64,000 nucleotides of DNA, taken from assembly GCF_018977255.1 (NCBI RefSeq), contig NW_024704742.1, positions 67,086,001-67,150,000 on the forward strand, read 5' to 3'. The stretch is from Callorhinchus milii (taxonomy: Eukaryota). Every line of letters begins with the position of its first letter. Position 1 is the stretch's first letter. Shown one piece after another: positions 12,736-27,118 of this stretch. The position numbers and the translations under genes were made by a program. The notes beneath the pieces are model-generated. The model searched no databases. It was given only the letters and a program-made list of their open reading frames with translations, and was not told the DNA's origin.

Positions 12736-13092
12736 TTATTTACATCCCATTGTATGATACCTTTTATTTGATCAATATTGCAATTGTGTTCAATGATGAT
12801 TCTTGCATTTGAAATAGTGATTTAGACGTGACGATGTTGTAGCTTGAAAGGTCTTGTTTATCATTGCATTTTAATATATCTTTCCACTCAACCACTCATT
12901 ACAAATGAGCAAGCAATTCTAGTCTATTAATTAGGCTATACAAGCAAAACCAATCTTCAGGAATAATGCAGTCGAGAGAACAAAATATATTCAAATCCTG
13001 AGACCTCATTTGTACAGAGTCCAGGATAAGTATATCAGGGTCAATATGTGAGAGTTCAATACTTTTAATGCATTTATGCAACTTTTTTTTAA

Positions 13093-13599
<507 letters not shown>

Positions 13600-14212
13600 T
13601 AGCCTCATCCCAACGTGCTCTCAACAATTCACAACATTTCCAAGCTCCTCTCTGTGAGCCCGGCAACTGGCCATTTTGTAGGACGCCCAAATCCTTGAAA
13701 TTCTCATCATCTTAGCTTTAAGACTGTTGTACTAAAACTCAAAGTGCAGAACTTGGCATTTGTTTTTGAATTTGGCTGCAATTTGGAAACTTGCGAAACA
13801 ATTTCGAAAATAAGACTGAATTTTTTAAAACAAAAATCCAAAATTCTGCACAATTTTAAATTTCAAGACGAGGGTCTTGAGGCTGAGATCCTGAGGAATT
13901 TCAAGCATCTTTCTAAGGTAAATCCATAAAATGCCAGCATTTTGTCATAAGGCCAGCTTGTAATCACAGGATGTCCTGCCTCCAGGCATGGAAGCAGCAC
14001 CCAATCTGCACTACTTGCCTGCATTAACCCCTCTCTATCTGCATGACTTAAGCTGCGTATAAAAATGTTTCCATTCAATGTCGGGAAACAAAGTCCATGA
14101 ATGGACCCACCTCAACGACGTGATATGGCGCTTTATCAAATACAAAGATTATTATATTATTAAATGGTGTTGGTTAATGTGAATGTGGGTTCATCTTTGT
14201 TTCCCTGTGTAG

Positions 14213-14362
<150 letters not shown>

Positions 14363-15063
14363 TAATCTAAACTGCTCTCCTGTTTTATAATCCTTAAATA
14401 TTCTCGTTGCAGTACAGGTGTTTAAATCTCCATCTGTTGTACTGCAGCAATGTGAAACTGTTGACAAGTTCAAATGGGATTTTTAATTGAGAAATTCAGA
14501 ATGGGCTTTTGAGAGAAGATGTCTCCTGAGAGAACCTTATTGAAAAAGTTAACGCAGAATAATACTTTAGTCCACAAGACAGTAGAACAAGACACAGGTT
14601 TAGAGAGGAGTAAAGGACATTCACCAGTAAGGTTTTCGTTTCTCGGAGGCTAATCAACGACTGGAACAGATTACTAGGAAGGCTGGTTGAGGCCAGGTCA
14701 AGCAGCTTGATGCTGTGACAGGGGGATGGTGGGGTATTCTGGAGGAATGAGATCATATGGGCCAAAGGGTCGTCTTCATCGAAACCAATCTTGGGTCTGC
14801 AGGAAGTACGTCACCGAGCCTTGCAACAAGTCTGCCCTGAAAGTAGATCGTAACAGATGGAGACCTGCGTGTCCGTGTAATTTCCTTTGCTTAAGAAATC
14901 CCATTTGAAATTGCCAAGATTTAGACCCCATTATTACCCAAGAGGAAAGCATGGATGACATTTTACACAATGATACGTGTCTGATATACATGGCATTTTA
15001 TTACCAAAGGTGGATTTGTGTTTCAATTGAATGGAAATTTGATTTTAAAACCCAGAATATTAA

Positions 15064-15300
<237 letters not shown>

Positions 15301-15505
15301 TAGGTTTCTGTTAGAAAACAAAATCTTGGGATACAATATATAGTTTGGGTCACAACATGTCAAGCGACTGCCAGGATGGTGGAAGGCGAACTGGATGGAC
15401 CTTGGTGTTCTTTTGCCGAGCAACTCCTATGTTCGTCTGCTAGTTACATAGATTTGCCTAGACTGTACAGCACAGAAACATGCAATTGGGCCCAACTTAT
15501 CCATG

Positions 15506-15573
15506 CTGATGTTTATATACCACTCGACTCTCCACCCACTGATGTTTATATACCACTCGACTCTCCACCCACT
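15506..15573. repeat. 33-bp tandem duplication
   Basis: ctgatgtttatataccactcgactctccaccca occurs twice in tandem. Confidence 0.9.
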
Positions 15574-15944
15574 ATTTAACCTTCTATTCCCTTCGCTCTC
15601 ATGTGTAGAACCGGTTAATTTTTCTATAGTGATTTTTCTCTTTTAGGTTAAGCAATACCATCTAGACACTCATGAAACATTAAAGACTGTTTACCACAAG
15701 CAATTCCATTCTGTGTCACATTTTATATTGATATATCCTTTGGATTATTGTTTAAAGAAACTCAAGAATAGACTCCCAAGCTGAATACTGAAGTTTTTGT
15801 TTCACACAGGGTGCTGGTAGAGAGAAATGAGCAAAGTGTCTGTCTTTTGGGTTAAAGCCAAACTCCTGACTGCCTGTTTAGGTAGACATTAAAGATCCCA
15901 TGGCAATATTTGAAAAGAGAAGGGAGTTTCTCCTGATATCCTAG

Positions 15945-16226
<282 letters not shown>

Positions 16227-16419
16227 TAAGGACAGTGTGGCAATCTGGCACCTATTATTTACTAGAATCTGAGATGACAAAGCTGATAATAGAATATTCT
16301 TTTTAAGTTTTCTCCTTTTTTCCGTGTACACTATTGCCTCGACACTGAACAAGGTTTCTTTTATGAAGAGGAATCTTAGGTACATCAATAGTACCTTTTT
16401 TCACAACTGGAGAGAGATA

Positions 16420-17222
16420 TTGGCTCAGTTGGTAGCATTCTCGCTTCTGAGTTGGGTTCATATAGTTTATGCTGACCAACTCCAATGCAGTACTTCAGTT
16501 CAAGTACTCCATTGGAGCGTCACCATAGACTATCTGAGTTCCTCGTTTGGACTTGGAACTCGTACAGTCTATGCTAACACTTCGATGCAGTGCTGGTGGA
16601 GTGCTGCATTGGTGGAGACCCAGTCATTCAGATGAGATGTTAAACCAAAGTGCATCTTCCTGTTCAGGTGGAGGCTAAAGATTCCAAGGCACGAGTTGAA
16701 AAGAGAAGGGAATTTCTGCCATGTCCTGGCCAACATTTTCCTCAAATTAAATTGGTCATTCACTTCTTGTGGCTGTTTGTAGTTCACTGCTGTGTACAAA
16801 TTGGCTGCTTTGTTTGCCTGGAAAATTATAATAATAATAATAATCCTTGCGTTTGATATAGCGCTTTTCACGTCAGGAGAACGTCCCAAAGTGCTTCACA
16901 GAACACACTATAAAGTGAATTGACTGTATATTTGTGGGCGAACGCGGCAGCCAATTGCGCACAGCAATATCCCACAAACAGTCGTAGATTGAAAGTGACC
17001 AATTTAATTATTGTTTTTGGAGGGATTATTATTAGGCGTGTGCAGTAAGGAAACTTGCCCAAGGTTTCGCGCTGCCTGGAATTGAACTCAGGTCTCTCAC
17101 TTGCAAAGCGAGTGCTCTAACCACTGAGCTGCAGGACTCCACAGTCTACAGTAAAATCCTGTGAAGCACTTTGAGATGTCCTCGTGACATGAAGGGCTAC
17201 ATCAAATGTAAGGATTGTTATT
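16420..17222 (+). mobile_element. Old SacSINE1-like Deu SINE interrupted by a young SINE
   Basis: tggctcagttggtagc head, gtgctgcattg...gatgagatgttaaacc...Deu body; its tail resumes at 17143-17222. Confidence 0.8.
16828..17142 (-). mobile_element. tRNA(Ala)-derived SINE, young short form
   Basis: Near-identical to the other short-form copies. Confidence 0.95.
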
Positions 17223-17898
17223 CTATTTAATCGAAAGTGATTTGAATGGAGTGGGCAATATATTTAGTGGTCAAGACAATTTATTTGGTTCTGATCCCTA
17301 AGGACAAGGTTTTATTGAGTTGAGTCTTGGACCAGGGCTGGAATCCAGAGGAGACCACTATTGACTTAATTACTCATCCTGTTTTGCCTGGGAACAAAGC
17401 CATGGGTTTTGCAGGATGTCAAACCGAGCAGAACTTTTATAAAGTAATTAATTTGAATGTAGATTAACTGTTTTTGCATTGAACCCTTTCACCATATCTG
17501 TAACCACATATCTGCTACCCTACTACCCGGCCACTCATCTCTACTAAGCAAATACCAGCTGCTTGATGTCCCCACCCTCAGTGAGCCAGCCTACTGCCCT
17601 TTTGTCCATCTCTGGAACCCTATCCCAGATACTCTCCGCTTCACACCCTCACGCCCCATTTTTAAAGTCCATCTTGTGGAGTCCTGTAGCTCAGTGATAA
17701 CAGCACTTACCTCGCAAGCGAGAGACCTGGGTTTGATTCTTGGGCAGGATGAAATGTTGTGCAAGTTTTCTTACTCCACTCGCCTCTGTTTACCAAGAGG
17801 CTGCTCCGCGTGAAGGGCGCTATATAAATACAACTTGTTGTTGTTGCCCTCCCCTTCGGAACAACTAGCTCCCCGGCTGGATCGAGAGAAGGAGGTGA

Positions 17899-18105
<207 letters not shown>

Positions 18106-18996
18106 CCGGATGGGCCACAGCCCGAGATGGTCACCAGCGGAGGGAGATGTCCAGCAAAGACCTGGTTGTGGAATTTTGGTGAACAATGGACTATGGAAGT
18201 AACTGAGAGCTTAGAAACTGGTCCCACTTCAGATGCGATGTGGGCGAGAAGAAGACATTCGGTTTAATCTGTTCCTCCGTTATATTGTAACTTGTCCCTG
18301 TCCAGTGGACTGACTAACTGTTTCTGTGTCATATGGGTTCCCTGTGAGCAAGAAAAAAGTTCCAGTAGTTAATTATTCTATCATGAATATACTTTGTCTG
18401 TGTACAGTTTTAGAGCGTAAGGGTTTATTCGCTTAGCTGTGAAACAGAAACCAAGCGAGGCATTCGTTTTTTTTAAAAAAAAATGATTTTTTTTCTTTTG
18501 AAGAGAAAACGATCTTTCTTTTATACATTAAAACTCATGCCCAAAAAGAGGCAGTTTTCAAACGTCTCAGGAAAAAAAAAGATGAAATGGTAAGTAATTC
18601 CCACCTATTTTGTTTTCGCCGCCCCACATCAGTGAGAGCATTGTCTTTTGTAAATGCTTGTACTTCTTTTTAAAAAGAAAAGCATCAATTTGTGATAAAA
18701 CACACCCTCTTCATTTTTAAAAAAATGGTATTTTATTGGCATGATTTCTCCCTTTTTTTTGAGGAGGGCCGGATGGGGGGGGGGGGGGGGAAGAGGCAGG
18801 GGTTGGAGGGAGGGGGCTAAGGAGAATGTTGCAATGAGATTTTTTTGAGAACCAAGTTTCATACCAAGCAGCGCTATTGCTTTTACTCACCAGTTGACAT
18901 GTATCTCATTGGTGGTATGCGTACAGCCTCTCCGGACTACTGAAAAGTAGCAGCATTTTTTTTTGCCTACATCAATTCCTGTTAATGTGGTAGGCT

Positions 18997-19003
18997 AGCA
19001 ATA
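18997..19003 (+). promoter_or_regulatory. Candidate miR-137 seed site
   Basis: AGCAATA is complementary to miR-137 nt 2-8 (UAUUGCU); CTBP1 is a reported miR-137 target in mammals. Confidence 0.6.
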
Positions 19004-19061
19004 TTTTGGTTGAAATAATCATGTTTGTGACTGTAACCGTTTGTATGAATTATTTTAAAGA

Positions 19062-19067
19062 AATAAA
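19062..19067 (+). terminator. Polyadenylation signal of CTBP1
   Basis: AATAAA preceded by TGTA motifs, at the end of a block resembling the mammalian CTBP1 3' end as I recall it. Confidence 0.8.
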
Positions 19068-19279
19068 ACAAAAACCCAGAAATGTGCGCCCCATTTGCGA
19101 TATTTGTCATATTCGCAATACCTTCTCTTCCCCATTATCCCTCCTCCACCCTCCCATTATTGTTACGGTTTATAATACGGTTCAGTGATGCTGACATCTG
19201 GCTGATTAAACGGTCTGAGACGCTGCCCCGTGTGAAGGGCGTAATAAAAGTGCAAGTTGTTGTTGTCATCGTTGTCGGC

Positions 19280-19990
19280 CTGGCTCAGAAAGTTGTCCCA
19301 CATCAGGAATTTGAGCCCACAGGCTGCCATTCCAGTGCAGTGCTGGGGGAACACTGCATTGTCAGAAGTACCGTCCTTCAGTTGAGGCATTGAACTGAGG
19401 TCCCTTCTGTCTATTCAGGTGGACATTAAAGATCCCATGGCACTGTTGAAAAGGAGAAAGGAGTTTCTCCTAGTGTCTTAGCCAACAATTCATCTCAAAA
19501 TAAAATTGGTCACTCATTCCATGTCTGTTTTGGGACATTTGTGGGCAAATTGACTGCCACATTCACCTACAAATACAGTCATTACACATTCAGTGACGTG
19601 ATAAGGTGTTTTATTATTTTTCTTTCCTCTAAAGTTCCCTCTGATATTTCTGACGTGGAGTCTTGTAGCATATCGGTTAGAGCACTTGCCTCGCAAACAA
19701 AGAGCACCTGGGTTTGATTCCCAGGTAGGGCAAAACTTAGGCAAGTTTCCTTATTCCACACTCCTCTGTTTACCTAGCAGTAAGAAGGAAGCCGGTTATT
19801 AGTTGATTGGTGGATTACTTTCCTGAGTTATTAATCCCTTCAAAGAAAAATAATACTAATTTGGTTACTCAATCTACGACTGACGAGCACTGCAGTGCGC
19901 AATTGGCTGCTGACGTTTCAACAACAAAATATACAGTCAATTCACAATGACGTGATAAGTCGCTACGTCAAATACAAGGAATATTATTAA
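19280..19990 (+). mobile_element. Old Deu SINE (19280-19610) followed by a long-form SINE (19656-19990)
   Basis: Both heads and bodies match the copies at 16420 and 7308. Confidence 0.8.
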
Positions 19991-20254
19991 GTTGTACATA
20001 TATATATTTTTTCAATGACTCAAAATATCCCTGTTGATGTGTGGGGTAATCAGGGTCCTCCTGGGGTTGAATTGGTTCCTTAGGAGTTAAAAGTTGTAGC
20101 TTAACTGCGGTAGAGAAATTCCACCTGGGTCTAGATTGACTTTATCTGGAGCATTTCAGTGTTCAGAATGTGCCAAATTGTTGAAATTGGGCAAACGAGC
20201 TATATTTTGCAGTCTTGATATTGGCTGAAACTTCTGCTGCAGATGTTTTATACA

Positions 20255-20820
20255 TAACAACATGTAGGAGCAGGAGTAGGCCATTTGGCCCTTCGAGCCT
20301 GCCCCACCATTCAATCATGGCTGATCTTCTAATCTAACTCCAGCCAATAACCTGACCCTGCCTTATCCTCATATCCCTTAATCCCTTTTGTAATAAGAAA
20401 TCTATCTCAGTCTTGAATATGTTCAAGGACTGAGCGTCAACAGCCCTTTGGGGTAGTGAGTTCTATACATTCATCACCCTTTGAGTGAAGAAGTTCTTCC
20501 TCAACTCAGTGAGAAAGGGCTGGCCTCTGATTTTAAGGTTGTGACCCCTGGTTTTAGTTTCTCCAACCAGGGGAAATAATCTCCCACTATCTACTCTATC
20601 ATGCCTTTGATGATCTTATAGGTTTCTATAAGATCCCCTCTAATCTATATTCTAGAGAATATAGGCCCAAATTAGTCAGCCTATCCTCGTAACGCATCTC
20701 CTTCATCCCTGGTACTAACCTAGTAAATCTTCGCTGCACCCCCTCCAAGGACTTTTAATTTACACGCGGGGTACATCCTTCCTTAAATAAGGAGACCAAA
20801 ACTGCACACAGTATTAAAGC
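20255..20820 (-). mobile_element. CR1 LINE 3' fragment
   Basis: ggagcaggagtaggccatt..gcccttcgagcctg 3'UTR and downstream sequence similar to 10900-11230. Confidence 0.8.
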
Positions 20821-21169
20821 GTCCACTGATTGCCAATCCAATTCCTGCCGCGGTGTGGGGACTGGCCAGGTTAATGGGACTGAATGGATTACTCGTAAAA
20901 GGGCCAGGACAGACATGATAGGCTGAATGTTGTAAATAATCACAATGTTTAAAAATATCCCCCAAATTATCTATTAATGAGATTGGAAATCGTTGTTAAT
21001 GTGTTACACACGGGTGTCTTAAAATTCAATGCAAAAAAGTGGTGTGGAGGCTATGTTGGTTGCATTGGCACAAAGTTAAATTCCTCTACGTACTATCAGT
21101 CACTCTGCCTGTAACCTCTAATGTCTTCCATGCTTCTCATCTCTTTCCCCATGTCCAGGGGCAGCCGAA

Positions 21170-21580
21170 ACCTTATTCAAATGCCTTGCTCGCCGGTCTC
21201 CCCAGTTCCACTATCCACAAAATCCGGTTAATCCAAAATCCTGTCATGGCCTGGGCACCTCCCTATCTCTCCAACCTGCTTACCCCCCAAAACACTGCCT
21301 GCTGCTTTCGCTCGACTGGCTCTGGCCTTCTGCTTGTCCCTCGTGCTCTCCGTTCCACCAATGATGGCCACGCTTTCAGTCACTTCGCCCTGAAACTCTG
21401 AAACACCCCCTCAGTCCCTCTGCCTTGCCCCCACCTTCCCAATCTTCAGGTTGTACCTGAAAACCTTCCTATTCGACCGTGCTTACGGTCACCTCCTTCC
21501 TCCCCTCGGCTCGGAGTCGTGCTCTGCCACTGTCAAGCACTCTGAGCCGCTACCCCGCGCGTAAATTAAAAGTTGTTGCC
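21170..21580 (+). mobile_element. Old L2 3' fragment
   Basis: YSNALLAGLPSSTIHKIRLIQN plus L2-like 3'UTR and tail. Confidence 0.75.
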
Positions 21581-22159
21581 TCAATACAACTGCCTTGTAC
21601 CCTCTTTATTATCTTTAAATAACTGCAAGTAGTTGTTAAAAGTACAACATCCTCTTTGCTCATTACATATACAGTAATGTACTGACATTCTGGGGTTGAT
21701 CCCCATCCAGTATATTATGTGAAAATAACATTCAGGCGGGTTCCCTATGTTGTAACTATGCAATCGCAATCTTAACAAACTAGCATTAATGCAAACTGTG
21801 ATGCACGTATACTATCCCACATGAAATGCTTCAGAAACCTTCTACTAAGTCTATGTCAAGTCTGTGACTCTGCCCTTGATTGGTGTGGCATGTGGTCGAA
21901 TTTCTAATCTCAATCAGTTCGGTGGGCAACGGTTTAAGGAATGTGGGGAAAGATTTGAAAAAGTGGGATTAATATTCAATGAATAAATCAAATTACAAAT
22001 TATGCAGTCATTACACTTTACAGTGAATCCTGTGAAGCACTTTGAGATGCACTACTGACATGAAAGGAGCTGTATCAAATATAAGGATTATTATTTTTTA
22101 TTAAGTAGCTTAAGAGACGATCATTTAAATGTAATAATAATTAATAATACTTACAATTA

Positions 22160-22860
22160 TGGGGTCCTGTAGCATATTGATTAGCGCACTTGTTTTGCAA
22201 GCGATATGTTAGGTAAGTTACCTACTCCACACACCTCTGTTTACCTCGCAGTAAGTAGGAACCCGGTTGTTAATAATAATAATAATCCTTGGATTTGATA
22301 TAATGCTTTTTCACGTCTTCTAGATGTCTCAAAGCACTTCACAGAATAGTCTGTAAAATGAATTAACTGTATATTTGTGGGCGAAATGCGGCAGCCAATT
22401 GTGCACAGCAGTGACCCACAAACAGTCGTGGATTGAAGTGACCAGTTTTATTATTTTTTTAAGGATTACTGTTAGTCGATTAGTGGATTGCTTTCCCGGA
22501 TAATAATCCCTTCAAATTTTTTTTTAAAAAATTATAGTTTTGTCAGCTAATCCACAACTGTTTGTTGGACACTGCTGTGTGCAATTGGCTGCTGCTTTTG
22601 CCCACAAAGTATGAAGTCAAATCACTTTTACAGTATATTCTGTGAAGCATTTGAGAGGTCTCGAAGATGTGGTAAGGCGTTATATCAAATGTAACGATTA
22701 TTATTATAATAACTGATATAGCATCTTTCATGTTAGGAGGATATCTCACCTCACTTCACAGTGTGCACTGTAAAGGGTAGTGATGGTGTACATTTGTAAC
22801 GGCAGCCAATGTTGCACACAATCATGAAGTGAATGACCAATTCTATTTGGGGATTCGTTG
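22160..22860. mobile_element. Nested SINE cluster
   Basis: A + long-form SINE (22160-22710) carries a minus-strand SINE 3' half (22271-22460), followed by an older minus-strand fragment. Confidence 0.75.
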
Positions 22861-24387
22861 GACAGGACACGGGGACAAACTCCCTTCTCTTATGAATGAC
22901 CTTTGTTGAAAAGGCCTTGAAACTGACTTTGCATCTGTATGGCCTCTTGCTCATTATAACAGTGTGGTTACTGACCGTTCACGCGAAATCTGCGCCTGTC
23001 ACAACCGCATCCATCAGCTGCTCAATTGAAGCGATTTCAGGAACAAAAGGGTGACAGTGGGGAGTTTCTTTCGTGTTCACTCCCAGACGGGGAATGACAA
23101 TGACTATGCAGCTCATGGGGTGATTGCGTCAAGCTGAGTCCCAGATCAAATCATTTCCGTATTTGCCAGACACAGCGAACTGAGCTAAGTAGGTAAATGT
23201 AAAACTGTAAAATGGCAGATAAAAGGCACTCGTGCATACACAAACTTTGCTGCGCTAATAGAGAGGCAGGACTTTTAATACAATTTACATTTATACAGTG
23301 CTTTTTGGGTGGGGATGACCAAACGTGTGGTTACAGAGGTTTAAAATAGTGCTGAAAAAGAACTGGCTTCCCAAGTTCTTCCAAATTGAAGAATCTTCCA
23401 CCATTATGTGTGATTAAATTAAACAAAATTGGTCACTCAATCCACGACTTTGTAGGACACTGCTGGGCACAACGGGCTGCTGTGTTTGAACCACAAATAC
23501 AGTCAATCCACTTTACAGTATGTTCTGTGAAGTGTTTTGTGATGTCTCAAGGACATGATATTAGGCGTTAAATCAAATGCAAGGATTATTATATTATATA
23601 TTGAGTGCATCAAAGTCAAAAAGAAGTCTGAAAGGCTAAAGGCTTGAAGAAAGCTAGAAATTAGATGGAAGCTAAAAAAGCTTTGCCTGAATTGTTTCAT
23701 AAATTCAGAAGCAAGTGTAATGTAAGCAGTCTGCCTGTAGGTGGCAGAACAGTTACACTTCACACACCAATCCCAGAGCAGGGCAGTGTGAGCACTCAGC
23801 AGATCCCTTTCAAAAGTGATAGTGAGAAAATTAATATGTTGCGATCACGTCGTTGTGTTACTGCAAGACTCGTGGGAGAGAACCGATCATTTCAACGTAC
23901 CGTTGTGTCTCGTGATGTCGCAATCATCACCACCGATAAACAATAACAATCCTTGCATTTGATGAAATGCCTTTCATGTCAGGAGGAAGCCTCAAAGTAC
24001 TTCACAGGATTTTACTGTAAAGTGCAGTGACTGTGTTACAGTCATTCTGTAGGTGAACACAACAGACAATTAGTGCATGGAACATCCCACAAACCGCCAT
24101 GGGGTGAATTATTAATTTTATTTTTGGGTTTGTTGGCCAGGAAACTCCCTTCTCTTGTCAATTAGCTCCATGGGATCTTTAACGTCCACCTGAATACACA
24201 GATGGGACCTTGGTTTAACATCTCAGCTGAAGGACAGCATCTCCAACAATTCAGTAAGGATGTAGGTTGAAGCCCCATGTCAAAGTCTCGGCTGACCCTG
24301 CAGTGAAATCTCGGGAAGTGCTGCATTGTCAAAGGACATAAAAGCGAGGCTCCATTTGCCTGTTTTCAGATGGTCAGTAAAGATGCC

Positions 24388-26625
24388 ACAACAACATCAA
24401 CATCAACTTGCACTTATATAGCGCCCTCCACACAGGATTCCATCACAGAGCACTTAACAGTGGCGGAGCCTGACTCCGAGCCGGGAAGAGGAGGGAGGTG
24501 GCCGTAAGCACGGTTGAAGAGGAAAGTTTTCAGGCGGGATTTGAAAGAGGGGAGAGAGGGGGCAAGGTGGAGGGATTGAAGGTGTTCCAGAGTTTTGGAA
24601 CGTAGTGGTTGAAAGTGCGACCTCTGATGGTGGAGCGGAGGGTGCAAGGGATGAGCAGAAGACCTTTGTCAGTCAAGCAGAGGCGCCAGGTAGTGGATTG
24701 GAGAGTGAGGAGGTCGGAGAGTTAGGGAGGTGCCAGGGAGTGAATGGATTTGAATCCGAGTGTGAGAATCTTGAAGTTGATCTGTTCGGTGATGTGGAGC
24801 CAGTGGAGTCTGGTCAGACCTGGTGAGATGTGGGTACAGAGTTTGATCCGGGTCAGTATGTGGGCAGCAGAGTTCTGAATGAGCTGGATCTTTTGAATGG
24901 TGAAGCTGGTGAGACTGGTGAGGTGTGTGTTGGAGTAATCCAAGCAGGAGGTGACAAATGCACGAGGGTTTCGGCTGCATTTGGGGGAAGGTACGGTCGG
25001 AGGCGGGCAATGTGGCAGAGATGGAAGAAGGCGGTCCTGGTCAGGCATTGGATGTGGGGGAGGAAGGACAGATGGGATCGAACCAGATGCCTAGATTGCA
25101 CACTAGTTCGATGAGTCTGAGGGAGAGACCAAGGAAGTTGAGGAGTTTAGATCTGCAGAAGTGAAGACATTGACGGGAACCAAGGAGTATGGCTTCCATC
25201 TTGTCCATATTCAGCTCCAGGCCCTGAAGTCTGGCAGTCAAGCTGATAGAACTTTGGTGGATCTGGAGTTAGTACTGGAGGAAACATAGCATATTTGTGT
25301 GCCATCCACATACATGTGGAAGTTTACCCTGTGTCTGCGGATGACATCGCCCAGAGGGAGCATATAGATGAGGAAACGAAGAGGACCAAGGATGGAGCCC
25401 TGGGGTACTCCGCAGGTGACGGGGCGGGGGCAGGAGGAGAAACCATTTGCTGAGATGAAATGGAGGCGGTTGGTTAAGTAGGACTCAAACCATGCGAGTG
25501 CGGTCCCACTAAGGTGGATGAGGGAGGAGAGCTGATGGAGGAAGATGCCATGGTGGACTGTGTTGAACGTGGCAGAAAGATCCAGGAGGACGAGGAGGCA
25601 GAGGGAGCCCTGGTCACAGATAGAGAGAATGTCGCTTGTGATTTTGAAAAGCGCTGCCTTTGTGCTGTGGGCAGGCGAAAACCAGACTGCAGGGCCTCGA
25701 GGAGGGAGTGGAGGGCGAGGTGTAACCAAAGTTGACCTGCAACAATGCATTCCAGGACTTTGGCAAAGAAGGGTAGGTTGGAGATGGGATGGTAGTGTGA
25801 GAGATTAGAGGGATCAAGGGTAGGTTTTTTGAGGAGGGTTGTGATGAGAGTGGTTTTCAGGGGAAGTGGAACACAGCCCGAGGAGAGAGACTGGTTGACC
25901 GTGTCGGCCAGCAGGGGGGAAAACAGGAGGAGTTGAGTGACCAGCAGCTGGGTGGGGAGGGGTTGAGGAAGCAACTTCATGCTGGTGATTCTGATTAAGA
26001 GGGAGGAGGGAGAAATGGGGGCAAAGGAGTGTAAGGAGGGGGGAGTGGCAGGAGCCATGGCGGAGGGAGAAGGCGGTTTAAATGGTCTGGGTGGGGTGGA
26101 AGGGGACATGGGGGTGGGGAGGACAATGCAGCCAAGCGGATGTTTTCAATTTTTGAGGCCAAGAAGTCTAGGACTTCTTTGCACTTGGTGTTTGATGTGA
26201 GGATAGAGGGGGCTTGAGACAGTGCACGGAGGAGGTGATGGACGGTGGGAAACAATGTCTTTGGGTGTTTTTGGCCTCCAGGTTGACTTTGGACTAAAAG
26301 TCAGTCTTGGCCTATGAAAGCGAGAGGCGATGGGTGAGGAGGTGCTCGAGCCACAGCTGTCGATGAATCGTGAGGCTGGATTTCTGCCATCTGCACTCGA
26401 GCATCCGGGTTTGTGTTTTGAGTGAGTGAAGGTGACTGTTGCACCAGGGTAGCGTGTGGGTTTGGGAACAGCCCTGGATTTCAGGGGAGCCAGGGAATTG
26501 TGGAGAGATGGTCATTCAGCAGCTTGATGGTAGCATCAGGATCGCTGCGGGTGGAGGGCCGGGGGAGAGTGGGCATTTGTGAGGAACTTAGGGGGAAGCT
26601 TTTTCCAGGGCACAGTACAAGCTGA
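24388..26625 (-). mobile_element. L2 LINE, ~2.2 kb, frameshifted
   Basis: Broken ORFs with LKKPTLDP, ISNLPFFAKVLE, LQSGFR, LLDLSATFNTV, GVPQGSILGP, HMYVDGTQ; (CAA)n tail at the left end. Confidence 0.93.
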
Positions 26626-26753
26626 GAAGACAGTTTCCCTTGGCATCTTGGCCAACAATCCCTCAGCTTTGTCTTTGAATCACGGTTGCTTGTGGGTCCT
26701 CGCTGTGCGCATGTTTGTCTAGACAAAACACTTGACACTAGCCATGAGCATCT

Positions 26754-27118
26754 GTAGGGTGGTCCTAGCTGGACAAGCAGCAGCTAGTTGCCAGACAGTG
26801 TTTTTAATGGCAAGGTGTGTGTTTTTAGCTGGTTAGACTCTAGTAGTTACCCAAACACACACTCTGGGATCCCAAAGCCTTGTCTCTCGCCAACCTGTGC
26901 TTAATAATTTCTGGGATTAGGTAAACAGGGTGCGTCCATCCAGGTGGGAGAGTATGCGTTCCGTTCCAGACACAGTGTAATAATCGTAATAATAATTAAT
27001 AATAATCATTGCATTAGGTATTTAGTGTAGGTGCACATGGAACTCTCAGTATGGTTTGGATACTCAGACATGTTGATGGGTTTCTACATGTGCTGGACAC
27101 CTGGTTGACCCCGCAAAA
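26754..27118 (+). repeat. Unclassified interspersed repeat (family X)
   Basis: Homologous to 28868-29290(-), 33048-33262(+), 41545-41725(-), 47745-48130(+) and 51803-52016(+). Confidence 0.75.

Larger units (their letters stand above)
18106..19085 (+). other. CTBP1: CTBP1 3'UTR
   Basis: Repeat-free stretch after the stop codon with U/A tracts, ending shortly after AATAAA at 19062-19067; interspersed repeats resume just downstream. End position is approximate. Confidence 0.85.
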
